A stretch of 64,000 nucleotides of DNA from assembly GCA_965220745.1 (NCBI GenBank), contig CBDCQT010000011.1, forward strand, positions 256,001 through 320,000, in the 5' to 3' direction. Below are positions 48,752-57,647 of this stretch, one piece after another. The translations under genes were made by a program, and so were the position numbers. The notes beneath the pieces were generated by a model that had not been told where the DNA came from, searched no databases, and saw only the letters and a list, made by a program, of their open reading frames with translations. Each line of letters starts with the position of its first letter. Position 1 is the first letter of the stretch. The stretch is from Alphaproteobacteria bacterium. GTDB lineage: Bacteria; Pseudomonadota; Alphaproteobacteria; UBA828.

Positions 48752-50110
48752 TTGGTCATCCGTCTCGCACGCGCAGCGGCGCTCGCCTGCTTAGCGTTCT
48801 CATTGGTCCTGGCGGCAGCGGCGCCGGCGTGGCCGCAGGGCATGTCGCTGATCCGCGACGCCGAGATCGAAGATACCATCCGGGCCTATGCCGCGCCACT
48901 GCTGGAGGCTGCGGGCCTCGGCGAAGACGCGGTCCGGCTGCACATCGTCAACGACCCCAACATCAACGCCTTCGTCGCCGGCGGCCCAAATCTCTTCCTG
49001 TCGAGCGGCATGCTGACCGCCGCCGAGGACCCCGGCGAGATCATCGGCGTGCTCGCGCACGAGATCGGCCACATCGCCGGCGGCCACCTGGTTCGCACGC
49101 GGGACGCGATGGAGAACGCCTCGGCCGAAATGATCCTGGCGACGGTGCTGGCGGCCGGCGCCATCATCGCGGGCGAAGGCGAGGTGGGGAGCGCCATCCT
49201 GAGCGGCGGCCAGGCAGTGGCGCAGCAATCGTTTCTGCGTTACAGCCGCACGCAGGAGCAGAGCGCCGACCAGGCGGCCGTGCGATTGCTCGAACGTACC
49301 GGGCAGTCGCCTGCGGGCCTCCTGCGCATGTTTCAACGACTCGAAGAGCGCGAGCGCCTCGCCATAACCGAGGTGAACAGCTACGCGCGCACCCACCCGC
49401 TCACCCGCGAGCGCATCCGCTTCATCCGCGACCATGTGGAGGGGGAAGACCGTGCCGCAGGCAGCGCCTCGGATACACACGGTACCGCCCACCGCCGCAT
49501 GGTGGCGAAGCTCAAGGGGTTCCTGGACCCACCGGAAGCGACCTTCCGCGCCTACCCGGACGAAGACGAGTCGACCGAAGCGCGCTACGCCCGCGCCATC
49601 GCCTACTATCGAATCCCCGATCTGGACCGCGCCCTCGCGGCGCTCGACGCGTTGCTGGTGGACCATCCGGACGACCCCTGGTTCCAGGAGCTCAAGGGGC
49701 AGGTGCTTTTCGAGAATGGGCGCGTGAGCGAAGCAATCGCGCCTTACGAGCGAGCAGTGGTGCTCAGGGACGACGCCGCACTGCTACGCCTCGGCCTCGC
49801 GCGGGCGCAGATCGAGAGCGGCGATACCGCTTCGCTCGCAAGCGCGATAAAGAATCTGGAGGCAGCGACCCGGCTGGAGCCGAAATCGCCCCAGCATTGG
49901 TATCAACTGGGCATCGCCCGCGGCCGGGCGGGGAAACGCGCCGCTTCCTCCCTCGCCTTCGCCGAGGCCGCCTTTCTACGGGGCGATGTGGAACGAGCGC
50001 ACTATCACGCGAGCGTCGCGGCGGAGGGCCTGCCGGAAGGCAGCGCGCGCTGGCTCCGAGCGGAGGATATCCGTAACGCTGCGGAGCAGGCCGCGAAGAA
50101 GAGGCGGTGA
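48752..50110 (+). CDS. M48-family metalloprotease with TPR repeats (BepA-like)
   Basis: Signal peptide, NAFV..G, HEIGH, E..AD, THP, TPR-like C-terminus. Confidence 0.9.
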   Translation: MVIRLARAAALACLAFSLVLAAAAPAWPQGMSLIRDAEIEDTIRAYAAPLLEAAGLGEDAVRLHIVNDPNINAFVAGGPNLFLSSGMLTAAEDPGEIIGVLAHEIGHIAGGHLVRTRDAMENASAEMILATVLAAGAIIAGEGEVGSAILSGGQAVAQQSFLRYSRTQEQSADQAAVRLLERTGQSPAGLLRMFQRLEERERLAITEVNSYARTHPLTRERIRFIRDHVEGEDRAAGSASDTHGTAHRRMVAKLKGFLDPPEATFRAYPDEDESTEARYARAIAYYRIPDLDRALAALDALLVDHPDDPWFQELKGQVLFENGRVSEAIAPYERAVVLRDDAALLRLGLARAQIESGDTASLASAIKNLEAATRLEPKSPQHWYQLGIARGRAGKRAASSLAFAEAAFLRGDVERAHYHASVAAEGLPEGSARWLRAEDIRNAAEQAAKKRR

Positions 50111-50125
50111 GCGCTGCCGCCGCCC

Positions 50126-51118
50126 TCAGATGAGCCCGCCAAGCGGTGACGAGGGGTCGGCGTAGCGCTTCTTCGCCATGCGGCCGGCGAGATAGGCGAG
50201 CCGGCCGGCCTCCACCGCGTGGCGCATGGCGTGAGCCATGAGCACAGGGTCCCTGGCACCGGCGATGGCGGTGTTCATCAGCACCCCGTCGCAGCCGAGC
50301 TCCATCGCCACGGCGGCGTCGGAGGCCGTACCCACGCCGGCATCGACCAGCACGGGCACACCGATGCGCTCGACGATGATGCGGATGCCAACGGGGTTCT
50401 GCACCCCGAGCCCTGAGCCGATGGGCGCCGCCAGCGGCATGATCGCGGCGCAGCCCATCTCCTCCAGCCGCTTGGCCATGATCGGATCGTCACTGCAATA
50501 GACCATGACCTCGAAGCCGTCCTTGATCAGGATCTCGGCGGCGCGGAGGGTCTCCGGCATGTTGGGGTAGAGCGTCTCCTGATCGCCGAGCACTTCGAGC
50601 TTGACCAGAGACCAGCCGCCGGCATCGCGCGCGAGCCGCAGCGTGCGCACGGCGTCTTCACCGGTGAAGCAGCCGGCGGTGTTGGGCAGATAGGTGTAGC
50701 GCTTGGGATCGACGTAATCGATCAGCATCGGCGCCTTGCGATCGGTGACATTCACACGGCGCACAGCAACCGTGACGATCTCGGCGCCGGAGGCATCCAG
50801 CGCCGCAGCGGTCTGTTCGAAGTCCCGATACTTGCCGGTGCCGACGATCAGCCGCGAGCGGAAGCGCCGGCCGGCGACCTCCCAACTGTCGTCGTCCGCT
50901 GCCACTGGCGCGGGGTCGGCACCGCCTCCGATGAAGTGCACGATCTCGAGCCGGTCGCCGGAGGCGACGGCGGTCCGGCCGTAGGCGCTCTTGGGCACGA
51001 TCTCGAGATTGCGCTCGACCGCGATCTTGCGCGGGTCGAGGCCCAACCCCGTCACGATGCTGTGGACCGACTGGGGCTCCTCGAACTCGCGGAGCTCGCC
51101 GTTTATCTGCACCTGCAT
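50126..51118 (-). CDS. thiG: Fused sulfur carrier ThiS / thiazole synthase ThiG
   Basis: N-terminal ThiS ([23 protein letters not shown]) in frame with ThiG ([30 protein letters not shown]). Confidence 0.93.
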   Translation of the reverse strand: MQVQINGELREFEEPQSVHSIVTGLGLDPRKIAVERNLEIVPKSAYGRTAVASGDRLEIVHFIGGGADPAPVAADDDSWEVAGRRFRSRLIVGTGKYRDFEQTAAALDASGAEIVTVAVRRVNVTDRKAPMLIDYVDPKRYTYLPNTAGCFTGEDAVRTLRLARDAGGWSLVKLEVLGDQETLYPNMPETLRAAEILIKDGFEVMVYCSDDPIMAKRLEEMGCAAIMPLAAPIGSGLGVQNPVGIRIIVERIGVPVLVDAGVGTASDAAVAMELGCDGVLMNTAIAGARDPVLMAHAMRHAVEAGRLAYLAGRMAKKRYADPSSPLGGLI

Positions 51119-51296
51119 GGATATGCGTTCCGTACGCGTGCCGTCATTTGCCGCAGCGCTGCGGCCTCGCTTGGAGTATTGGTGAGGACTATGACGAATT
51201 CAACCAGGGACGACCGCAGATAACGCGCGGATTGAAGCCCGAGTCCCGGCCGTGTTAGACCCATTGTGGGGGCGAGCATCACGACCCGGTGCGGCC

Positions 51297-51740
51297 ATGA
51301 CTTACAATATCTTGATTTTGAACGGCCCCAACCTCAATATGCTGGGGTTGCGAGAACCTGAGATCTACGGGCACCAGACCCTGGACGACATCCGCGCGCT
51401 GTGCGAGAGCCATGCGGAGGGTCACGAGTTCGCGGTCGATTTCAGGCAGAGCAACCACGAGGGCGAGCTGATTGACTGGATTCAGCAGGCGCCGAAGGTC
51501 CACGCCGGCATCATCCTCAATCCCGGCGGCTACACGCATACGTCCGTCGCCATCATGGACGCGCTGCGCGCCGTGGACCTGCCGGCCATCGAGCTGCATC
51601 TCTCGAACATCCACCGGCGCGAGCCCTTCCGCCGGCGCTCCTACGTGGCGCAAGCAGTGCAGGGCTCGATCTGCGGGTTCGGCGCGCAAGGCTACCTGCT
51701 CGCGCTCGACGGGATGCGCGCGCTCTTGAAGGAGGAGTGA
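51297..51740 (+). CDS. aroQ: Type II 3-dehydroquinate dehydratase
   Basis: LNGPNLNMLGLREPEIYG, QSNHEG, HTSVA, HLSNIHRRE. Confidence 0.96.
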   Translation: MTYNILILNGPNLNMLGLREPEIYGHQTLDDIRALCESHAEGHEFAVDFRQSNHEGELIDWIQQAPKVHAGIILNPGGYTHTSVAIMDALRAVDLPAIELHLSNIHRREPFRRRSYVAQAVQGSICGFGAQGYLLALDGMRALLKEE

Positions 51741-51744
51741 CGCG

Positions 51745-52251
51745 ATGGCAGTGAAACCTGTGCCGGATCCCCGGCCGGAGGAGCCGGAACCCGTGTACGG
51801 ACCCGACATCGAGCTGATCCGTGCGCTGGCGGCGGTGCTCGACGAGGCGAATCTCAGCGAGATCGAGATCGGCGAGGGCGAGAGCCGCATCCGCATCGCA
51901 CGCCAAGCCACTGTGGCGGCGGCACCCGCGCCCGCACCCGCTCCGCGCCCGGCAGCGGTCGAGCCTGTACCCGCAGAGGAAGCGCCGCCCGCGCCGGTCG
52001 CCGACGACGCCTCCCACCCCGGCGCGGTGATCTCTCCGCTGGTCGGCGTGGTTTACGTTGCGTCCGAGCCGGGCGGTCGTCCGTTCGTCGCCGTCGGTGA
52101 CGAGATCAGCGAAGGCGATACGCTCTTCATCGTCGAGGCAATGAAGACGATGAACCCGGTCCGCGCTCCCAGCGGCGGCCGTGTCACCCGAATTCTTGCC
52201 GAGAACGGCGCCCGGGTCGAGTATGGCGAGGTCTTGCTGATCCTCGAGTGA
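51745..52251 (+). CDS. accB: Acetyl-CoA carboxylase biotin carboxyl carrier protein
   Basis: EAMKTMN biotinylation motif, Pro/Ala linker. Confidence 0.95.
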   Translation: MAVKPVPDPRPEEPEPVYGPDIELIRALAAVLDEANLSEIEIGEGESRIRIARQATVAAAPAPAPAPRPAAVEPVPAEEAPPAPVADDASHPGAVISPLVGVVYVASEPGGRPFVAVGDEISEGDTLFIVEAMKTMNPVRAPSGGRVTRILAENGARVEYGEVLLILE

Positions 52252-52256
52252 GGCCG

Positions 52257-53615
52257 ATGTTCGACAAGGTCCTGATCGCCAACCGGGGGGAGATCGCGGT
52301 CCGGATCATCCGTGCCTGCCGGGAGTTCGGCATCAAGACCGTGGCCGTCCACTCCACGGCGGACGCCGAGGCGATGCACGCCAGGCTCGCCGACGAATCG
52401 GTCTGCATCGGCCCGCCGGCGCCCAGGGAGAGCTACCTCAATATCCCGGCGATCATCGCCGCCGGCGAGATCACCAACGCCAACGCGATCCACCCCGGTT
52501 ACGGCTTCCTCTCCGAGAGTGCGGACTTCGCGACCATCGTCGAGGAGCACGGCTTCATCTTCATCGGCCCGAGCCCGACACACATCTCGCTGATGGGCGA
52601 TAAGATTCGCGCCAAGCAGACCGCGGCCGAGCTCGGCCTGCCGGTGGTGCCGGGCTCCGCCGACGCGCTGGAGGACGCCGCCTCGATCGCCGAGGCGGCG
52701 GACGAGATCGGCTATCCGGTGCTGATCAAGGCGGTGGCGGGCGGTGGCGGGCGCGGCATGAAGCGGGTCGACAGCCGCGAGGAGCTGGCCATGGCTGCCG
52801 CCACGGCACGTGCCGAGGCGGAGTCCGCCTTCGGCAACGACGCGCTTTATCTGGAAAAGCTGGTCGCCGCGCCCCGCCATATCGAGGTGCAGGTGCTGGC
52901 GGATCAGTTCGGCAGCGCGGTGCACCTCGGCGAGCGCGATTGCTCCCTGCAGCGCCGCCACCAGAAGGTACTGGAGGAGGCGCCCTCGCCGGCACTCGAC
53001 GCGGAGGCGCGCGAGGAGATCGGCAGCCGGGTCAGCACCGCGGTGCGCGAGCTCGGCTATCGCGGGGTCGGCACCCTGGAGTTCCTGTACGAGGACGGCG
53101 CGTTCTACTTCATGGAGATGAACACGCGCATCCAGGTGGAACACCCGGTGACAGAGATGATCACCGGGATCGACCTCGTGCAGGAGCAGATCAGGGTTGC
53201 CGCCGGCGAGCCGCTGACCTTCGGCCAGGAGGACGTGCGCTTCGAGGGGCATTCCATCGAATGCCGGATCACCGCCGAGGATCCCGACACCTTCCGCCCC
53301 TCCCCCGGCACCGTGAGCGGTTATCACACGCCGGGTGGACCGGGCGTGCGCGTGGATTCCGCGCTCTATGACGGCTACCGGATCCCGCCCTATTACGACA
53401 GCCTCATCAGCAAGGTGATCGCCCAGGCCAGCAGCCGAGAGGCCTGCCTGATGCGCCTACGACGGGCGCTGGAGGAGTACGTCATCCAGGGTGTCTCGAC
53501 CACGATCCCGCTGCACCTGCGCCTGCTTGCCAGCCAGGCGTTCGCCGAGAGCGCCTACGACATCCACTGGTTCGAGCGCTTCGTGACGGAGACCGGCGCC
53601 GGCAACGACGCCTAG
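52257..53615 (+). CDS. accC: Biotin carboxylase
   Basis: [47 protein letters not shown]. Confidence 0.97.
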   Translation: MFDKVLIANRGEIAVRIIRACREFGIKTVAVHSTADAEAMHARLADESVCIGPPAPRESYLNIPAIIAAGEITNANAIHPGYGFLSESADFATIVEEHGFIFIGPSPTHISLMGDKIRAKQTAAELGLPVVPGSADALEDAASIAEAADEIGYPVLIKAVAGGGGRGMKRVDSREELAMAAATARAEAESAFGNDALYLEKLVAAPRHIEVQVLADQFGSAVHLGERDCSLQRRHQKVLEEAPSPALDAEAREEIGSRVSTAVRELGYRGVGTLEFLYEDGAFYFMEMNTRIQVEHPVTEMITGIDLVQEQIRVAAGEPLTFGQEDVRFEGHSIECRITAEDPDTFRPSPGTVSGYHTPGGPGVRVDSALYDGYRIPPYYDSLISKVIAQASSREACLMRLRRALEEYVIQGVSTTIPLHLRLLASQAFAESAYDIHWFERFVTETGAGNDA

Positions 53616-53625
53616 CGCGCGCACC

Positions 53626-54297
53626 ATGTCGACGGTCGAGCTCACGCCGGCGCTGATTCTCAGGGCCTACAGTTGCGGGCTCTTCCCCATGGCAGAGAGC
53701 AAGGCGGAGCGGGACGTCTTCTGGGTCGACCCGGAGACGCGTGGCGTGATTCCGCTCGACAGCTTTCACGTGCCACGCAGACTCGCACGCACGGTGCGCG
53801 GCGGCCACTTTCGCATCACCGTGGACCGGGACTTCCCCCGCGTCGTGCGCGGCTGCGCGCGCCGCACCCGCCGTCGGCCCGAATCATGGATCAATGGGCC
53901 GATCTTCGAGGCGTACTGTGCGCTGCACCGACAGGGGCATGCCCACAGCGTGGAGGCCTGGCGCGACGATACGCTGGTGGGCGGCCTCTACGGCGTGGCG
54001 CTGGAGGCCGCGTTCTTCGGCGAGAGTATGTTCAGCGTCGAACGGGACGCCAGCAAGGTCGCGCTCGTGCATCTGGTCGCGCGCCTCCGGGCAGGCGGCT
54101 TCACCCTGCTCGATACCCAGTTCGTGACCGGACACTTGAGCCAGTTCGGCGCGGTCGAGGTGCCGCGGGCCAGTTATCTGGAACGGCTGTCGGAGGCCCT
54201 TAAGCGGCCCGCGACCTTTTATCCGGCGGGTTTTTCAGACGCGGCGCTGTCGGCCGCGGGCGTGGCCTCCGAGCAGGCGAGCACCCAGATGTCGTAG
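53626..54297 (+). CDS. aat: Leucyl/phenylalanyl-tRNA--protein transferase
   Basis: [32 protein letters not shown]. Confidence 0.94.
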   Translation: MSTVELTPALILRAYSCGLFPMAESKAERDVFWVDPETRGVIPLDSFHVPRRLARTVRGGHFRITVDRDFPRVVRGCARRTRRRPESWINGPIFEAYCALHRQGHAHSVEAWRDDTLVGGLYGVALEAAFFGESMFSVERDASKVALVHLVARLRAGGFTLLDTQFVTGHLSQFGAVEVPRASYLERLSEALKRPATFYPAGFSDAALSAAGVASEQASTQMS

Positions 54298-54641
54298 ACC
54301 GGGTGCTCCAGCGCGGCGAGGCCCGGCGTCGACGAGAACATCCAGCCGGAATAGAGGCGGGTCGCACGCCCCGTATGGTCGACCTCGTCGATCTCAAGGA
54401 AGGCGGCATTCTCCGGCGGCTCCTCCGGCGGCGCCGCGTGACAGGCGCGCGCGACAATGCGGAGCGTCCCGAAATGCACGGCCCGGTCGAGCGGCGCTTC
54501 CACCTCGGAGGTCCGCGCCACCACCTTGTCGAGCGCCTGCAGCACGGCGACCGAGCGCTCGGCTGCGATGGCGACGGCGCCATCGCCCCAGGCCGCGGCA
54601 AGCGCCGCGCCTGCAGCCAGAAAAAAAAGCCCGCGCCGCAC
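54219..54641 (-). CDS. DUF2155-like exported protein
   Basis: [42 protein letters not shown]; downstream of mlaD. Confidence 0.8.
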   Translation of the reverse strand: MRRGLFFLAAGAALAAAWGDGAVAIAAERSVAVLQALDKVVARTSEVEAPLDRAVHFGTLRIVARACHAAPPEEPPENAAFLEIDEVDHTGRATRLYSGWMFSSTPGLAALEHPVYDIWVLACSEATPAADSAASEKPAG

Positions 54642-55082
54642 CTAGTCGGTGCCGAAGGCGAACTTGCCAATCAGCTCCTCCAGCAGGAGGGAAGATTGGG
54701 TGTACGCGATGCGGCCGCCGTCCTTGATGAGGACTTCCTCGGCGCCCGGCTGGAGATCGATGAACTTGCCGCCGAGCAGGCCGTCGCTGACCACCGCCGC
54801 CGTGGAATCGCTCGGCAGCTCCACCGACTCGTCAATGCTCATACGGAGCACGGCGCGGAAGGTCTCGGGCTCAAGCTCGCGGTCGATCACCGTGCCGACC
54901 TTGATGCCGCCGATGCGCACATCGGAACCGTTGGTAATGCCGTCCACGCGGTTGAACGCGGCGCTTATCTCGTAGCCGCTCACCGTGGCGACGCCGCTCC
55001 TGGTATAGGCGAAGACGATGAAGCCGATGGCCACCGCCAGCACCACGGCGCCCAGCAGGGTCTCGACTAGGCTTCTCGACAT
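54642..55082 (-). CDS. mlaD: MCE-domain lipid asymmetry protein MlaD
   Basis: ETLLGAVVL anchor, GSDVRIGGIKVG, GLLGGKFI..PG, TQSS; SD GGAG. Confidence 0.92.
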   Translation of the reverse strand: MSRSLVETLLGAVVLAVAIGFIVFAYTRSGVATVSGYEISAAFNRVDGITNGSDVRIGGIKVGTVIDRELEPETFRAVLRMSIDESVELPSDSTAAVVSDGLLGGKFIDLQPGAEEVLIKDGGRIAYTQSSLLLEELIGKFAFGTD

Positions 55083-55226
55083 GGCGATCTCCTTCCCGGC
55101 CTCTGGGATGAGGATTGCGGCACTGCCCCGGTTTGGCGGGGCGGAGTCGGGTCGCATTCTGCCACAGCGCGCCCCGCCACGGGTAACAGCAACATGTCTC
55201 GCCCACGGGACAGCGACGCAAGCAAT

Positions 55227-55262
55227 TGTGCGAACGCACATTCATCCATATAGGTTCGCACA
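55227..55262 (+). promoter_or_regulatory. Nested inverted repeats upstream of VapB-like gene (putative operator)
   Basis: TGTGCGAAC (55227-35) / GTTCGCACA (55254-62) and TGTGCG-AA-CGCACA (55227-40). Confidence 0.55.
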
Positions 55263-55501
55263 TGAGGACGACCATCGACGTGAACGACGATTTGCTGCAG
55301 GCGGTCAAGGCACACGCGGCGCGCGAGCACCAGACCCTGAAGGAGACATTCGAGCAGGCCCTGCGCGCATACTTGGCCCGTCCGGCCCCGGCTACCACCG
55401 AGGCGCCGCCCATTCCGGTGTTTCGCGGACGGGGCGTGCAACAGGGTGTAGACCTGACCGACAACGCAGCGCTCCGAGCCATCATGGCTTCAGAGCCCTA
55501 A
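55262..55501 (+). CDS. Ribbon-helix-helix VapB-like antitoxin (orphan)
   Basis: MRTTIDVNDDLL..K..AA..TL..ALR N-terminus and G.DL.DN..L tail typical of VapB antitoxins. Confidence 0.78.
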   Translation: MRTTIDVNDDLLQAVKAHAAREHQTLKETFEQALRAYLARPAPATTEAPPIPVFRGRGVQQGVDLTDNAALRAIMASEP

Positions 55502-55581
55502 CGCCGACGAACCAGATCTCGGATTCGCGATCTATCCGGGGCTGCGCGTCCGCAACCTCCTGGACAGCTGACGGGGCAGAG

Positions 55582-55989
55582 TCACCCCACGATCTCGCCT
55601 TCGACCATCGCGATCGCCTCGATCTCGATTTCGAGCTCGGGCAGGGCCAGACCCGTGATCTCGACGATGGTGTCGGCGGGATAGGGCGGCGTGAAGTATT
55701 TCTCGCGCAAGGCGACGATCTTGCCGAAGTTGCCCATGTCCTTGAGGTAGATGTTCACCTTGACGATCTTCGCGAGGCTGGAGCCGCCGGCCTCCAGCAC
55801 CGCCGCCAGGTTCTTGAAGGTCTGCTCGGCCTGGGCGTCGAAGTCGACGGCGCCGACGACGGTCCCGTCAAGGTCGATGGCGGCTTGCCCGGAAACGAAG
55901 ATCAGGTCGCCGACGCGGTAGGCCTGCGCCAGCTTGAAAGCCTCGTAAGGATCGGGATCGGTCTTGATGCGAACGGCGTTCTCGGTCAT
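55582..55989 (-). CDS. RidA/YjgF-family protein
   Basis: IFVSGQ, QTFKNL, KVNIYL, PADT, IEIEAIA; SD GGAGG. Confidence 0.9.
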   Translation of the reverse strand: MTENAVRIKTDPDPYEAFKLAQAYRVGDLIFVSGQAAIDLDGTVVGAVDFDAQAEQTFKNLAAVLEAGGSSLAKIVKVNIYLKDMGNFGKIVALREKYFTPPYPADTIVEITGLALPELEIEIEAIAMVEGEIVG

Positions 55990-56096
55990 CGGTGTCCTCC
56001 ATCGTGAGTGCTGTGGCACGCCAGTCTCGCCCGCCGGGTCGCTTGATGCTAGGACGCGCCCAGCGGCGACATTGGCACCGGCGGGAGTCTTGAGAC

Positions 56097-56894
56097 ATGA
56101 GCGACACGGTACTGATCGAGCGAGCGAACGGCATCGCCCGGGTCACCCTCAACCGGCCGGAGGTGCTGAACGCGCTCAACGACGAGCTGTGCGACGCCCT
56201 GGTCGAGACCCTTGCACAGGTCGAGCGCGAGCCCGAGACCCGCGTCATGGTGCTGCAGGGTGCCGGCGGCTACTTCATGGCGGGCGGCGACCTGCAATCC
56301 TTCTACGGCCTGCTCGAACGGACGCCGGATGAGCGCCGGCGGCATTTCGAGACGATGATCGACCGCGTGCACGCAATCATCCGGATCATGCGGCGGATGC
56401 CGCAGCCGATCATCGCCAAGATCGACGGCGCTGCCGGCGGCTTCGGCTTGAGCCTGGTACTCGCGTGTGACCTCGCGATCAGCGCCGCCGACAGCATCTT
56501 CACCATGGCCTATTGCCGCATCGGCACCAGCCCCGACGGCTCGTCGACCTGGTTCCTGCCGCGCACCGTGGGCGCCAAGAAGGCGATGGAGCTCGCGCTG
56601 CTTGGCGATCGCTTTGGCGCGCGCGAGGCTGAGCGGCTCGGCATCGTCAACCGCGTCGTCTCGCCCAACCGGCTTGAGGAGGAGACCGATGCGATAGCCC
56701 GACGCCTTGCCGCAGGCCCCGCCCGCGCCCTAGCCAACACGAAGCGGCTGCTCCGTAACTCGGGCCATGCCTCCCTCGAAGACCAGCTCCAGGCGGAAGC
56801 CGAGATGTTCGCGGACTGCGCGGCGAGCGCGGATTTCGCCGAGGGAGTCGCGGCCTTCGTCGAGAAGCGCAGGCCCACCTTCACCGGGCGCTGA
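56097..56894 (+). CDS. Enoyl-CoA hydratase/isomerase (PaaG-like)
   Basis: LNRPEVLNAL, AGGDL, AAGGFGLSL..ACD, SPDG, EGVAAFVEKR. Confidence 0.9.
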   Translation: MSDTVLIERANGIARVTLNRPEVLNALNDELCDALVETLAQVEREPETRVMVLQGAGGYFMAGGDLQSFYGLLERTPDERRRHFETMIDRVHAIIRIMRRMPQPIIAKIDGAAGGFGLSLVLACDLAISAADSIFTMAYCRIGTSPDGSSTWFLPRTVGAKKAMELALLGDRFGAREAERLGIVNRVVSPNRLEEETDAIARRLAAGPARALANTKRLLRNSGHASLEDQLQAEAEMFADCAASADFAEGVAAFVEKRRPTFTGR

Positions 56895-56897
56895 GTG

Positions 56898-57638
56898 ATG
56901 GGCGGGCGGCTCGCGGGCAAGACCGCGCTGATCACGGCGGCGGGGCAAGGCATCGGCCACGCCACCGCCGTCGCGTTCCAAAAGGAGGGCGCGCAGCTTT
57001 GGGCGACCGACATCGACGAAGCCAAGCTCGCAGGCCTCGCCACGCTGGAAGGCGTCACCTGCCGGGCACTCGATGTCCGCGACGACGGCGCCGTGACGGC
57101 GGCGGCCGAGGAGATCGGCGCCGTCCACGTGCTCTTCAACTGTGCCGGCCGCGTGCCCCACGGCACGCTGCTCGACTGCGAGCCGGCGGACTGGGAGGAA
57201 ACGCTCGGCCTCAACGTCACCGCCATGTACCGGATGATCCGCGCCTTCCTGCCGGCGATGCTGGCACAGGGTGGCGGCTCGATCATCAACATGGCGTCGG
57301 TGGTGTCCTCGGTGAAGGCCGCCCCCGACCGCTGCGCCTATGGCGCCAGCAAGGCCGCCGTCATCGGCCTCACCAAGTCGGTCGCGCTGGACTACGCGGC
57401 GCAAGGCATCCGCTGCAATGCCGTCTGCCCCGGTGCGGTGGATACCCCGTCACTCGACGAGCGCTTCGGTGCCCGGCCCGACCCGGACACCGCGCGCAAG
57501 AGCTTTATCGCGCGCCACCCGGTGGGGCGGATTGGATCGCCGTCGGAAATTGCGGCGCTCTGCGTCTATCTGGCGTCGGACGAGTCCGACTTCACAACCG
57601 GCCAGGCACTGGTGGTCGACGGCGCCTGGGGTTTGTAA
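56898..57638 (+). CDS. SDR oxidoreductase (BDH2 / 2-keto-3-deoxy-L-fuconate dehydrogenase-like)
   Basis: TAAGQGIG, LFNCAG, YGASK, CPGAVDTPSL. Confidence 0.87.
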   Translation: MGGRLAGKTALITAAGQGIGHATAVAFQKEGAQLWATDIDEAKLAGLATLEGVTCRALDVRDDGAVTAAAEEIGAVHVLFNCAGRVPHGTLLDCEPADWEETLGLNVTAMYRMIRAFLPAMLAQGGGSIINMASVVSSVKAAPDRCAYGASKAAVIGLTKSVALDYAAQGIRCNAVCPGAVDTPSLDERFGARPDPDTARKSFIARHPVGRIGSPSEIAALCVYLASDESDFTTGQALVVDGAWGL

Positions 57639-57647
57639 CCGCCTCGC

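Noticed and set aside
51119-51296. Possible TPP riboswitch upstream of thiS-thiG
   Set aside because: No CTGAGA..ACCTGA core is visible on the minus strand.
51915-52000. Short GCACCC/GCGCCC repeats
   Set aside because: They encode the ordinary Pro/Ala linker of AccB.
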